A stretch of DNA of 63,579 bases, the filler included, from Octopus bimaculoides (Eukaryota): assembly GCF_001194135.2 (NCBI RefSeq). It is 8 parts of 8 records of this genome, joined end to end, with 100 filler letters (N's around TTAATTAATTAA, not from the genome) between each part and the next. Parts side by side here need not be neighbours in the genome. Positions count along the whole stretch, not along the records: positions 34,627 to 43,051 come from NC_068986.1; positions 43,152 to 63,579 come from NC_068987.1; 6 more parts are not named here. One strand, 5' to 3'. The notes under the pieces were generated by a model, which was not told where the DNA came from, ran no database searches, and was given only the letters and a program-made list of their open reading frames with translations. Made by a program: the position numbers and the translations under genes. Shown here in pieces: positions 37,450-50,099 of the stretch (the stretch's first letter is position 1; every line of letters begins with the position of its first letter).

Positions 37450-38260
37450 ACTATCTCCTTGGAATCGTCCCATTGGAGACGATATTTCTACTCTTCGTTC
37501 TTAGTGTAAGAATTATTGTCCAGGTTTTTGCGAGCCTCTCAATCGCAGCAATTAAGATAGCTGGCACTTTTGCAAAATGGTGACACTTCAGCAGCCATGA
37601 GTGGGGAATAGAATCAAATGCCTTCCTATAATCAAGCCATACTGTTCTAAGGCTCCTAGATATTAAAGATAATTTTTTTTTTACTTCAGACAGTAGATCT
37701 TTGTTGATCAAAAGTTGTTCAGTGCATCCCCTCACTCCCTTCTTCCCACCGGCCTTCTTATCAGTCACTATGTTGCTGGACTCACGATGATCCTAGAGGA
37801 ATTCGTTGAGGCAGCTTGTGTACAGTTTATACATAACGTTTAGGCAAGCAATGAGCTTATAGTTTTCAGCCAACTTAATAGTTTCATTCTTGGCCACGAG
37901 ACTTCTGTATCCTATATTAAGCTAATTTGATATGTCAGTCTGATCTTCTACAGTACCTCTGAATATACTTATTAGTGGTTTCGTGTAAAATGTCAGCCTC
38001 TTATATTGATATCCAACTATTAGGTCCCTTCCCATAATGCAGTTTGCCTACAGCTATGGCGAATGTTTCCAGATCATTTGCATACGTTTTACTGTTGATG
38101 CTGGTACAGTGTTCTCTTTTTGTTGCATTTGGTCGCGGTGCATTGAGGTTGATATCCCTCTTTTCGTTCCAGAATTTTTAATCTAAATGTTTTAAGATCT
38201 TCTTGGGGGGCGGTTTTCTTAACGTTAATATTTTCTTTCCTCATCTCTCTGTATAATATC
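37450..38260 (-). mobile_element. R4/Dong-type RT fragment
   Basis: ORF 37451-37768 reads GGKKGVRGCTEQLLIN...VWLDYRKAFDSIPHSWL. Confidence 0.85.
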
Positions 38261-38301
38261 TGTGAGTGAGAAACAAACTGTATTATGTAAGTATATATGT
38301 G

Positions 38302-38333
<32 letters not shown>

Positions 38334-38344
38334 TGTATGTATGT

Positions 38345-38900
38345 ATGTATGTATGTATATGCAAGTATGAGAGAGCAGTGCATGCCATCAAAGTGACATT
38401 GGGGTACAAATATACGAAGCCCATTATACCATCATGACTACCCGTCTGATAAGGGCACACTAGGAACATGCATCGTAACCATATCTGCGCGATATGGTGA
38501 TCTCATATCAAGATAAACAGCGCATGACCTTGCAGGTGAAGCCCAGTAAGAATTTTCTTCAGGTCGAGTAGCTCATCTCGCTCAAAAGGTCCCTAAATAA
38601 GGTTTGTTTAAGGATGTTGAGCAAAACATCCATGTTTCCAAAGGTAAATTATTCAAACCCCAAAGCATCCCTCTCAGCACATGGCTATGATTTTGCCCAC
38701 TACTTCTGCTCATGATCAGAGATGCACATATCGTCAGCCACCAAGGGACATACTCAACTGGTTAAGGTCAAACAACTGACAGACAAATCTTTGGTATTGA
38801 GCAGAATATTTGCTGTAGCCCATCTTTTATACCAAGACAAAACAATGTACATGATAAGACTTCCAATCAGTTAAGATTAGAAGCTATGAAAGTCACTGCG
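38345..38900 (+). repeat. Unclassified interspersed repeat (family E)
   Basis: Shares about 85 bp with 18228-18314. No coding motif recognised. Confidence 0.6.
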
Positions 38901-38969
38901 TGCCTGCCTGCCTGCCTGCCTGCCTTGTCTACAATCAGTTATATCTGCATTTCTGTCATATATTCGTTT

Positions 38970-39235
38970 CTACTCTAGGCACAAGATCCGAAATTTTTTT
39001 TTTTGGGGGGGGGGAAGNNNNNNNNNNNNNNNNNNNNNNNNNNNNNNNNNNNNNNNNNNNNNNNNNNNAGTCGATTAGATCGATCCCAGTACGCAACTGG
39101 TACTTAATTTTTCGACCCCGAAAGGATGAAAGGCAAAGTCGACCTCGGCGGAATTTGAACTCGGAACGTAACGACAGACGAAATGCCGCTAAGCTTTTGC
39201 CTGGCGTGCTAACGTTTCTGCTAGCTCGCCGCCTT
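38970..39235 (-). mobile_element. SINE family A copy (gap inside)
   Basis: ctctaggcacaagatccgaaa...gaaaggatgaaaggcaaagtcgacctcggcggaatttgaactc...ctagctcgccgcctt. Confidence 0.9.
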
Positions 39236-39801
39236 GCTGTCATATATTCTGATAAGAAGTCAAATCTTTATAAAATCAAAATATCATCAATTTCCACCTG
39301 TATTTTTTCACCCATTGTCGTTGTTTTCAATTTTTATCATCGTTATTTTTTCTTTTTCTTTTTTTTTTTTCTTTTTTTTCTTCAACTTTTAAATTGTCAT
39401 CAGTTGAAAAGAAGCTTTTTTTCGTGGTGGTCTTTTTTTAACGTTTATGCTTCTCTCACCATCATTGCTACCACCACCATCATCACCACCACCCCTGCCA
39501 CCACCAGTACCACCATCAACACAGTTACCACCCCAGCTAACAACAACAACATGTCTGCTATTCGAGAACGCTTAATTTATGCAAATAAATCAGATGGATT
39601 TGGAAAGGAGAAAAAACATTGATTGGCAAACAGAAAAGTAATCGATTAATATTGTTGTTTTATCGCTGATACGGTTGTTGCTGTTATTGTAGTTGTCATT
39701 GTTATTGTTGTTTAGCCCTAGGCCCGTAGTCAATTCACCTGCTTTATTCCTATGAAACAGGGAAAGTAAGGCCATTCATTAAATATATCTCTTAAGATGC
39801 T

Positions 39802-40014
39802 GAAGGCGGCGAGCTGGCAGAAACGTTAGCACGCCGGGCGAAATGCTTAGCGGTATTTCGCCTGTCTTTACGTTCTGAGTTCAATTTCCGCCGAGGTCAG
39901 CTTTGCCTTTCATCTTTTGGGGGTCAATGAATTAAGTACCAGTTGTGTACTGGGTCGATCTAATCGACTGGCCCGTTCTCCAAAATCTCGGGCCTTGTGC
40001 CTAGAGTAGAAACG
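39802..40014 (+). mobile_element. SINE family A copy with 20-bp TSD, inserted into a family G repeat
   Basis: aatatatctcttaagatgct (39782-39801) and aatatatcgcttaagatgct (40015-40034), 19 of 20 identical. Confidence 0.92.
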
Positions 40015-40253
40015 AATATATCGCTTAAGATGCTACAGGTATGATTTGAGGGAGATTTCACTAGTATTTCTAACAGGTCGAGTGATCACAAGAGTGTGTG
40101 TGTGTGTTCGTGTGTGTGTATGTGTGTGTGTGGTGTGATGTAATTCAAGAAATATCAAATACTAAATCATTTCCTGAAACGATATCAAATTTAAAAGACT
40201 GGGAGTTAAAAACTTTGTTCGCTCACATGGCTTCTTCTCAATATCAATGACTT

Positions 40254-40595
40254 GTGACCGAGACCTTTGGCGATATGTCGTGCTTGAGAAGAAGACCCAT
40301 GAAGCCAAGTGAAATCATAGTCGTGGATGATACTGGTGTCACGCAAATGGCACCTGTGCAAGTGGCACGTAAAAGTACCCATTACACTCTCGGAGTGGTT
40401 GGCGTTAGGAAGGGCCTCCAACCGTAGAAATCAGGCCAGATCAGATTGGAGTCTGGTGCAGCTCCCCTGCTTGCCAGCCTTGGTCAAACCGCTCAATCCA
40501 TGCCTGCCCTGGTCAAACCGTCCAACCCATACCAACCCTGGTCAAACCGTCCAACCCATGCCAGCTTGGACAACGGACGTTAAATGATGATGATG
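40254..40595 (+). mobile_element. RTE-type LINE: ORF end plus 3' UTR (defines family B as a LINE tail)
   Basis: gaccgagacctttggcgatatgtcgtgctt translates DRDLWRYVVL (RTE-like C-terminal DR..WR), followed by the family B sequence and a (GAT)n tail. Confidence 0.8.
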
Positions 40596-42854
40596 AATGG
40601 TTTCTAATANNNNNNNNNNNNNNNNNNNNNNNNNNNNNNNNNNNNNNNNNNNNNNNNNNNNNNNNNNNNNNNNNNNNNNNNNNNNNNNNNNNNNNNNNNN
40701 NNNNNNNNNNNNNNNNNNNNNNNNNNNNNNNNNNNNNNNNNNNNNNNNNNNNNNNNNNNNNNNNNNNNNNNNNNNNNNNNNNNNNNNNNNNNNNNNNNNN
40801 NNNNNNNNNNNNNCTGGTTTATCACGAGTTGTTTTTCTTATAGAATCTATTGTAGAATCTAGATTCCAGTACTAAAACTAACGAAGAAACTGTTAAATGT
40901 TGAAGGTGGCGCTCCAGCATTCACACAATCCAATGACAGAAAAGATAAAGAGATACTGAAGAGCACCAGTTATTGTGTTTTCGGATTCCGTGCTTCACAG
41001 ATCAATCAGTAAAGATTTGAGCTGCGCTCCAAGATGAGAGAAGCAACCGGCTCCCGTGCGAATGGTTTGGTGCTAATTTTCACAGTGGCGCTGAAGTGAT
41101 CTCTCTACGGCTCTAGTATGGGATGGGTGTATGACAATACTGGATTGTCCTGGCGCCAGAATCACCCTCTCGTTGCTGGTGTTGCCCAAAGAAGTGTGGC
41201 GCTGTATGTTTGATATTAGCTTAGCTACCGGATTTGCCTGAAGAGTGTTAAATTGAACACCAACCTACCTTAGGGAATCCACTTCGGGTTTATTATAAGG
41301 TTTGTTCCCAAGCAAATTTCTCCCAAGAGATAGAAGCTATTTACCCTCTCAGTAACCTAGGATAGAAACTCATACCAGCTACAGTCAGAATACTCTACTT
41401 GAACCTGGTGTACTTGAACCTGATGTAACGACTGACGTCATTAGCTTCTATCTAAAGCAACACAAGGGATAAAGGAAATAAAACAAAACACGACCGTTCA
41501 CAGTATACGCAGCGAGTGGTAGATGTAACTTGGTCGTTCAGAGTTAAGTCCCTTGGCTAAAGACACTGCAGCACGAGTGACAGCGAACTCTTGATCACTT
41601 AGCTTGTCATTGCTATTGTTGATGATGATGACGCTGTTTAACCCCTGGCCAGCCATTAATGAACAAACCTAAGGCATTCCAGTTATGACCACCCCGTCTT
41701 CTTACAGACATATGAATATACTTTATACAATGCTTTCTTTGCTTTCTTTTCTTTTCTAGAGTTGCTAGGTTAAATTAGAGAGAGATGTGGCTGCTATTTC
41801 TTGCCGATGAAGATGCTGCGTTGAAGCGCCTCTGTTAGTTTGTCTTTTGACTGATTAGCCGGTTGCTTGGTACCTCTATCGACGCGACCATCTCCAGCTC
41901 TCAAACCAGAGGCACAAAGACATTGGCAGACAATTAATTCCTAACAGCATGTTATTGTTGCTGTGCTTTGAGAGGGTCATTGTGTGTCTCAGAGACTGAG
42001 TGAGGAAACAAAAACAAAAACAAAAATAAAAAGGCGAGTAGGAGGAGGAAGCAGAGGGGTAGTAAGAGGCATGCTTCATTGATGAGTGTGTGACATGACA
42101 AATAGATTCACCAGAAGCAAAGAGAAATCGATCGAGGAAGACAGTAGGACGTATCTTAAGAAACATACCACTTTACCGCACCTCATGTTAGCCAGTGGAA
42201 TTTATTTCCTTCCTTAATTGTTTTCTTGTCTTTAATAGATTCATTTGACTTTTATTTTCAATAGTTCCGATGAAACAATTGCCTCGGTTTGTGTCGCATT
42301 CAAATTAGACATACGGTCCATACTTTCGCTAGTTCGTCTTTCTTGTTTCAGTCAATCCTTCTTGTCTGCTGCCGCTGTTGCAATTATTGTCGTTAGATGG
42401 CGTTGTTGGCGTTTATAACGTTGTTGTTGTTGTAGATGTTGTATGTGTGTGTGTGTATGTGTGTGCGTGCTGTAGTTGTAATTGTTGTTCACAAACTTAT
42501 TGTGGCTAAACAAAAGACAGCTATTTGAAATATGGCGAACCAATCATCAGGTCACGGACAATAGTTATCTTTATTATTTCATACAATGCTATAATGAGAG
42601 GTGTGTCTTGAAACATCTAATCTTTCTCTCTCTCTCTCTGTCTCTCCCTCTCTCTCCCCCTCTCTCTTCTTTTCTCTCGCTTGCTCGGTCTCTCTCGCTG
42701 CCATCCCTGTTTTTATCTAACTATTTATCTGTCAATCTATCGCACTCTCACTTCTTTCTTTTGGTATGCATATATGTATATGTATGAATACATACATGCG
42801 CACGCACGCGCGCGCACACACACACACATACACACATTCTTTTATTTTTTTATT

Positions 42855-43050
42855 CTTTTACTTGTTTCAGTCATTTGACTGCTGCCATGCTGGAGCACCG
42901 CCTTTAGTCGAACAAATCGACCCCAGGACTTATTCTTTGTAAGCCTAGTACTTATTCTATCGATCACTTTTGTCGAACCGCTAAGTTACGGGGACGTAAA
43001 CACACCAACATCGGATGTCAAGTGATGGTGGGTGACAAACAGACACACAA
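42855..43050 (-). mobile_element. SINE family C tail
   Basis: cttttacttgtttcagtcatttgactgctgccatgctggagcaccgcctttagtcg...ccgctaagttacggggacgtaaacacacc. Confidence 0.88.
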
Positions 43051-43289
43051 ANNNNNNNNNNNNNNNNNNNNNNNNNNNNNNNNNNNNNNNNNNNNTTAAT
43101 TAATTAANNNNNNNNNNNNNNNNNNNNNNNNNNNNNNNNNNNNNNNNNNNNACAAACATGATCGTCAAAGTTAAAAATAAAAACATTACAAAATACCATT
43201 TATAAAATCCAAACTTGGAACGATATTTAGTTTCTCCGTCACAAACGAAACACAACATACAGAAATACCCAAAATAAAACAAATATTCT

Positions 43290-43500
43290 TTTCTACCCTA
43301 GGCACAAGCCCGAAATTTTGGGGGAGGGATCCAGTTGATTAGACCGACTCCAGTACGCAACCGGTACTTAATTTATTGACCCCGAAAGGATGAAAGGCAA
43401 AGTCGACCTAGACGGAATTTGAATTCGGAACATAAAGACAGACGAAATACCGCTACGCATTTCGCCCGGCGTGCTAACGTCTCTGCCTGCTTGCCACCTT
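43290..43500 (-). mobile_element. SINE family A copy
   Basis: ccctaggcacaagcccgaaa...gaaaggatgaaaggcaaagtcgacc...ttcgcccggcgtgctaacg. Confidence 0.9.
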
Positions 43501-43625
43501 CCAAAATAAAACAAATATTAATCAACATCAGGTATTCTAACAGACTAATAGATTGGATCATAGACGAGTACTTCAAGAAAAATAACGAAAAACATACACA
43601 TATTAAAAATAAGTGTATCATATTA

Positions 43626-44381
43626 GGATCCTTCTGAATTGACGGGCACCACTTTTCATTTATGTTTTATGTAGTGTTTTTGGTACAGAAACACTTTCAA
43701 ACTTCGTATACTTGTATATTTTGTGTTATAGAACAGATAAAAATTTCTGTGTTCGGTAATTGTCGTATTTTGGTAACTTCAACCAATCACTGACGTCTGT
43801 TGAGATGAAAACAATTACTGCTGTGAATTGTGAACACCACACGTTGTGCGATGTAATGGGATCTCTTCCCTCGAATAAAATTAGTGCCGCTGTTTGTCAA
43901 CAACTATCAGCGGTACTGTTATTTATAACATCGTTCGTGCATTTGTACTGGTTTTAGCTTTAGGGTTTTAGGGTTTTAGGGTTAGGGTTCGGGTTTTAGA
44001 GTTAGGGTTAGTTTTAGGGTTAGGGTTAGGGTTAGGGTTATGATTATTTTGCCATAACCTAACTCATAACACTAACCCTAAAACCCTAATCCTAACCCTA
44101 AACCTAACCCTAACCCTAACCCTAACCCTAAAACCTTAATCCTAACCCTAACTCTAAAACCCGAACCCTAACCTTAAAACCCTAAACCCTTACTAGGGAA
44201 TAACGATATAATTACCAGGGAATAACGATCTTGACACCGGCAAAAATTATTGTTTACAAAAATAGCAGTAACTGTATTCAGCTGAATAGACGTCAGTGAT
44301 TGGTTGAAATTATAGAAATATGACAACTTTAACATGAAATAACTTGCAAAACAAGTGGTGCCCGTCAATTCAGAAAGATCC
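43626..44381. mobile_element. Non-autonomous foldback DNA transposon (Merlin-like termini) with internal inverted telomeric-type arrays
   Basis: TIRs ggatccttctgaattgacgggcaccacttt vs ggatctttctgaattgacgggcaccacttg (28 of 30). TSD TCATATTA at 43618-43625 and 44382-44389. A ~75-bp subterminal inverted repeat. TTAGGG-type array about 43954-44040 and CCCTAA-type array about 44055-44190. Confidence 0.9.
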
Positions 44382-45299
44382 TCATATTAATCTAATACAT
44401 ATATTAATCATGAATTTCACCGTTTATTGAGTACTCACTTCATCTTTCGGTGACAAATAGTAACATTAGAACACACACGCATACACGCACACACAAAATT
44501 AACTCATATACACACATATATCAGTATATTGTATTGAATACACGATTGTGTTCTAGTTTTATCTTATTTATCAAAGTATTTTCGTAATTTTCACGGGAGT
44601 TTATTTCGAATAATAAATATTCTAATACTTTTAGATCTTCACAGTTTCGTCTTCAGTCTGAAGTGATATATTGCTATCTTCAAAAAATACTAGAACCATC
44701 TTAACAATAACAAGCCACAAGCATGTAAATTTATGATTACGCTACTAATAACCAATGTAAATTCGCTTGCAAACGTAGTAGTTGTAATTTTCACAACTCC
44801 AACTGCTATATTGATCATACAAACACTCACTGACCAGTTCACCAAGCTCACTAGTGGCAATGCACTATTTCATGCGACACAAAACACAACTAAATAGGAA
44901 AATAGTAGACAACATGTCTATACTTCAGAGAATTCTACACAAAACCAGACGATTAATTATGAAAGAAATACTAGCAATATCAATTAGTCAAAAAATGGAA
45001 ATAATCATCTGACTGATGACGTATAAATGTAACAGTAAAAATTCAAATCCCCATGGTAACCTATATATCAACTACATTGTTTCTGTCTACTATAAATGGG
45101 CAGCAACCTACATTAATATCACTCTTGAAGATAAGAATGTGAAGTTCTTAAGATATTAATACTGGATTTTAAATGTTTACTATTTGAAACAAATTTCAAG
45201 GAAATTATGTGAAAAGTTTTCGATGAAAAGATAAAAATGGAGTAGTCGTGATATCAAACCAACATACAAACATGTGTACGAGAGTGTGTGTGTGTGTGC

Positions 45300-45388
<89 letters not shown>

Positions 45389-47024
45389 GGCGTATGTGAG
45401 TATCTTCAAATGTTGCAATTTTTTTTTACCAAATAATGAAAAATGAAATAGAGTATACGGTTCGTTAAAATTGTGCTTTTTCTTGCACTTTTGGTATTAG
45501 GGCTTATTTTGCATACATCGGGGGAGAGGGCATTCTTTTGTTTAAAGTTATCCTTTTTATAGATTGCTTTCTGGTGTTGCTTTATTAAGGTGTTTTCTAT
45601 GGTTGTCGTCGTCTTTCATTGGCCAATTCATCGGTCGTCCTGTTTCTGCTTGTAGTTTTCTGTTTGAGTAATATTGGCACAATTGCGTATTTCAAATATT
45701 CGATATACATACCACGTGGTTTCATGTGTCGATTTGATTGCGTAACACTTTGAAAAAGTCTATTTTACTATGGATCGGATTACCAAAGCCTTGTGAGTGG
45801 AATTTTGAAGAAGACAACCGTGAGGAAGTCCACATGTGTTAATGTATACATACGCGCACATACACACACATAGATATACACACGTGTGTATGTATATATG
45901 TGTGTATGTATGTTTGTATGTATGTATGCTGGTGTATGTATGTGCATGTATGTGTGTATATGTCTGTGTTTATGTCTGTATGCATGTATGTATGTATGTA
46001 TGCATGTATGTATGCATGCATGTATGCATGTATGTATGTATGTGTGTGCGTGTGTATGTATGTATATAAGTATATAAACGTAATCCACAAAATCGGGTTT
46101 TCGCGTTTCTTTTTCTGTTTTCGCAAATTGTAATATAACGCTTATACACGAAGACAACTAAGAAAAGAAGATATATCGTATGCGAGGAATAAGGTTAAGG
46201 TTTGGAATGAAACAAAAAAATACAGGGAGAAGAAGCGAAAAGAGAAGCTAGAGAGAAGCTTTTGATCTTTGGCACTCTTAAGATAGATCGTTATTCCGTA
46301 TTTTGTAGTATTTTGGAAAGTGAAAAGACAAGAGTTAGTTTGTCACTTGTAACAGACAACCTTCATCTTTTTGTCAGGTCACTTCCTGTGTTTCAATTAA
46401 TTTTGAAAATGATGAGAAAATTACTAAAATAACAGTCATTATGAAGCTGGGATTTGGAACATAAATTAACATGAAATAATCATGGAAGCCTTTAATTTAT
46501 CTCACTTTAAAACAAGATCTCATGGAAGACTACTACAGAGCTAGATTAATTGATTCATGCACAGAACGTTCTGAGAATGAACATTCCCAGTTGATTTGGC
46601 GCCTATGATTTGGCGACCATGTAAATTTTTAGTGTACTGAAACTTACAATAGTTAATATAATCCCTATTCCTGTCAGAAGTTGATCGAAGGTTAAACATT
46701 CGCATGGGCCAAATCATCTGATACTGATCCCTGACTGACAGCTTGCTGAACCGATTGATAAACTGCGCTCTGACACTTTACTGTATTGATCTGGTACTAA
46801 GTTAATATCGGGGGAAAGTGTTGTATCAATCCAATCGGTCATCTCAAATCTAGAAACTTGAAAGGTCTGAAAGAGATATCACCAAGTTTTACTGATTACA
46901 ACTCTATTTCTCGCATATATGATATACTTATCAATTAATAGTTAATTTAACATAAACATATCAGCTGTAATGAACTTTAAATAACTTAATTCGAAATAGT
47001 TAAGCACTGATGAAAAAAATTTTG

Positions 47025-47268
47025 GTTTCAAATTTTGGCACAAAGCTAATAATGTCGGGGGAGGGGCTAAATCGATTACATCGACCCAGTTTTCGACTCA
47101 CAGTTATTTTATCGACCCCAGTATTCAACTGGTACTTATTTTATTGACCCCGAGAGGATGAAAGGCAAAGTCGACCTCAGCAGAATTTGAGTTCAGAACG
47201 TAAAGACGCGCGAAATGCCGCTAAGCAATTTCTCCGGTGTCCTAACATTTCTGCCAGTTCACCGTCTT
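47025..47268 (-). mobile_element. SINE family A copy with internal duplication
   Basis: ggtttcaaattttggcacaaag...atcgaccc block present twice...gaatttgagttcagaacgtaaagacg. Confidence 0.88.
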
Positions 47269-48899
47269 GATCTGAGAAAAAATATTAGTCAATGAATAAT
47301 ATTGTTTTAAACCATCATGTGCACGATGAATAGCAAAACTCAAATTAATGACATGCATATCCATTCTTAACACCTTCCGGCGGATTCGAACGTGAGTCAA
47401 CTAATTGCTGTTGTATTTCGTAATTGGAGAACGATTCTTTCAGACAAGTGTATGTTCAGGATACGCTCAATTCAATGGAGTGGGAGGACGTTGAGAACAG
47501 GGGGATTTAATTTTGTTGCACATTTTATTCAATTCAAGCTACACCAGACCAATGAATCTAATAAGAGTTATTGGTTCGATCTAGTGTAACTCTAGCTGAG
47601 GAGATAGACAAGGATGAAACACTGATGTTCCTTCACCACCAACAACAACAACGAATCGAGTTTGAAATGAACACACATTCGTCTGAAAGGAGATATTACT
47701 CAATAACGAAATACACCAGCGATTAGCATACACACGTTAGAATCTGCTGGAAATTATTAAGAACGAATGCGTCTGTTATCGTAATGTTGTTTTAATTATT
47801 TCGGCAAGCATAGGAAACATATTTGCACGAGCTTAGGTATAATTGGACCTCTCCAAAGAAGCATAGACTTCATCATACTTGCAGAAGTTGTAATGAGAAA
47901 ATTACTTAGTAAATGTACCGTAAATGCAGGCGTGTCGCGTGACTTTTAGAGGCTCCCTGCAACTTTTTGGTTTGAGGCCCCATCCCTTCAATCAAAATTC
48001 ATAATCTACGCACCTTTTATTCATAGCTATATTTTACTTTAAAATTCAATATCTCACGTTATCCTAAAGAGCATACCGTTCGTGGTACAATGAAATATTT
48101 TTATAAGAACTTTTGCAGGTACAATGTATTATCATTTTATTTCTTGAAAATTTCAGTTAACATAGATAGTTTAATTCTTGTTAAACATCTTAACCAAAGT
48201 AATAGATGACTCATCTACGTACTTTGATCTTAACATGGAGCACTGCAACCGCGGAGGCCCCCTGCAACCGTATGGGTTACAGGGTCTAAGCGACGGCTGA
48301 TGATGAAAATTATATTTTATAGAATGAATTCATCGGAGAAATTAACCAATAAATTTCTTCGGAATAAAATAAAATTACGTTACGTTAAATGATTATTAGT
48401 TGCATTGTATCATGTCCATCGGCCAAGAGAATTGATTCTCAACTGACATAGTCCACCTAGCTGAGAGAGAAGGAAAAACTTACCGCTAGGTTGTAGAAAT
48501 AGTAAAAGATAGAGTGGTACTTGAAAATTAATTCTGCCTCCAGTGATTAGTGAAGATGAGTTCGATTACATTGTAGGAGTCCGAAAAAGTTTGATATTCA
48601 TTCAACAACTGATAAGACTACAGCCAAATGTCTTCGCCTCCGTCTGCCCATCTACTGGTCGGTTGAGAACTAATATTTCTTCTGATGAGAAGTTCTGGGT
48701 TTTGCACAGTGCGCGTATAAAAACATCGATCACCGAGTGTATATACCACTCAGCTAACTTTGATATTTAAATGTATGTGTCTATGGATGGATGGATAGAT
48801 GGATGGTTGGATGGATGGATGGATGGATGGATGGATGGATGGATGGATGGATGGATTTGTATGTGTGTATTATCTATTTAAAGGTCACAATACTTGTAT

Positions 48900-48960
48900 T
48901 AAAGCGCTACTAATAATTTCATATGTTGAGAAAACTCATACATATTCTTCAGGCTCAAAC
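48900..48960 (-). ncRNA. Hammerhead ribozyme core (candidate) in an inverted pseudo-LTR
   Basis: Minus strand: CTGAAGA (48952-48946), stem II atatgt/acatat extended by tgag-tttt-ctca, GAAA (48920-48917). Stem I is weak. Confidence 0.6.
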
Positions 48961-49469
48961 CACATATCATAACGAACTAAAGAAATTGAATAATAGAAGA
49001 AACACGAAAAATCTGAGAAGGCAGCATATAGAAAAAGCAGACAGTAAACAACGGAAAACGAAAAACAGAAAACGGAACATGTAAAAAGTAAAAAGGTAAA
49101 AGAGCTATCTCTCTTAGACCTTAAATGGTAAGGCTGGAAAGATATCAAATCAGTCAGGAATAGGCGGAATTTTCCAATTCTTCAAAATATATTTATACAT
49201 ATGCATGCAACCACTGAAAATTTCTGACCTGGAGTTCAATAGAAAGTTAGGGATCTTACATCTGAACAGGATCTGCGCTCTTTATTCGATCCATTCACAT
49301 AAGGTATGGATTTCTCAATTACTTTCCATTTAATCACATCCGGTATTTCGTTATCTTCTAAAGTCAATACATAGCTAGCCAACTTAGTAATTTACTTTTG
49401 TCTCTAGCTCGGAAGGAGGCTATGTGATTGGGTATCTCTCATAGTGTGTAATAGTCACACTCTTGATAG

Positions 49470-49655
49470 ATTTAGGAAGCAACTAATTTCTACCGTTAAT
49501 CAATTAAGACTTAAAATTACAGTAGCTACTAATCTTTCTATAGTTGATTATTTGAATGTTCCCTAGATTTAAACTCTTCCTCGTATAAACCTTTCCATAA
49601 GCCTAATGAGAAACTCGCATGTATACATAAACAGTCTTGTCACCCTCCTGTCTCT
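49470..49655 (+). mobile_element. Penelope-like RT C-terminal fragment (second lineage)
   Basis: Translates DRFRKQLISTVNQLRLKITVATNLSIVDYLNV/LDLNSSSYKPFHKPNEKLACIHKQSCHPP. Confidence 0.75.
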
Positions 49656-50099
49656 ATTCTTCTAACTTTTATTTTACTCTTTATTCATCTATCTACTATT
49701 TTATTCCTTATAAACTGTGAATTTCCCTGTCTTGATCTTTTCAGCCAACCTTCTTATATATGTATAAATACACACACGAACGCACATACACATGTATGCA
49801 TGTATATATATATATATATATATATATATNNNNNNNNNNNNNNNNNNNNNNNNNNNNNNNNNNNNNNNNNNNNNNNNNNNNNNNNNNNNNNNNNNNNNNN
49901 NNNNNNNNNNNNNNNNNNNNNNNNNNNNNNNNNNNNNNNNNNNNNNNNNNNNNNNNNNNNNNNNNNNNNNNNNNNNNNNNNNNNNNNNNNNNNNNNNNNN
50001 NNNNNNNNNNNNNNNNNNNNNNNNNNNNNNNNNNNNNNNNNNNNNNNNNNNNNNNNNNNNNNNNNNNNNNNNNNNNNNNNNNNNNNNNNNNNNNNNTGA

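Noticed and set aside
43954-44190. Ancestral telomere-telomere fusion site
   Set aside because: The arrays mirror each other including variant units and lie inside TIRs with an 8-bp TSD.
44700-44900. Minus-strand SSWSCENYNYYVCKR, reminiscent of a C-type lectin end
   Set aside because: An in-frame stop lies just upstream and the other lectin motifs are absent.
47927-48300. Possible hAT MITE with repeated gagg(c/t)ccctgcaac subterminal motifs
   Set aside because: TIRs are too degenerate and there is no matching TSD, so it is not supportable as a feature.
48543-48770. 75-aa ORF in non-repetitive sequence
   Set aside because: No motif recognised, and its length is within chance expectation.
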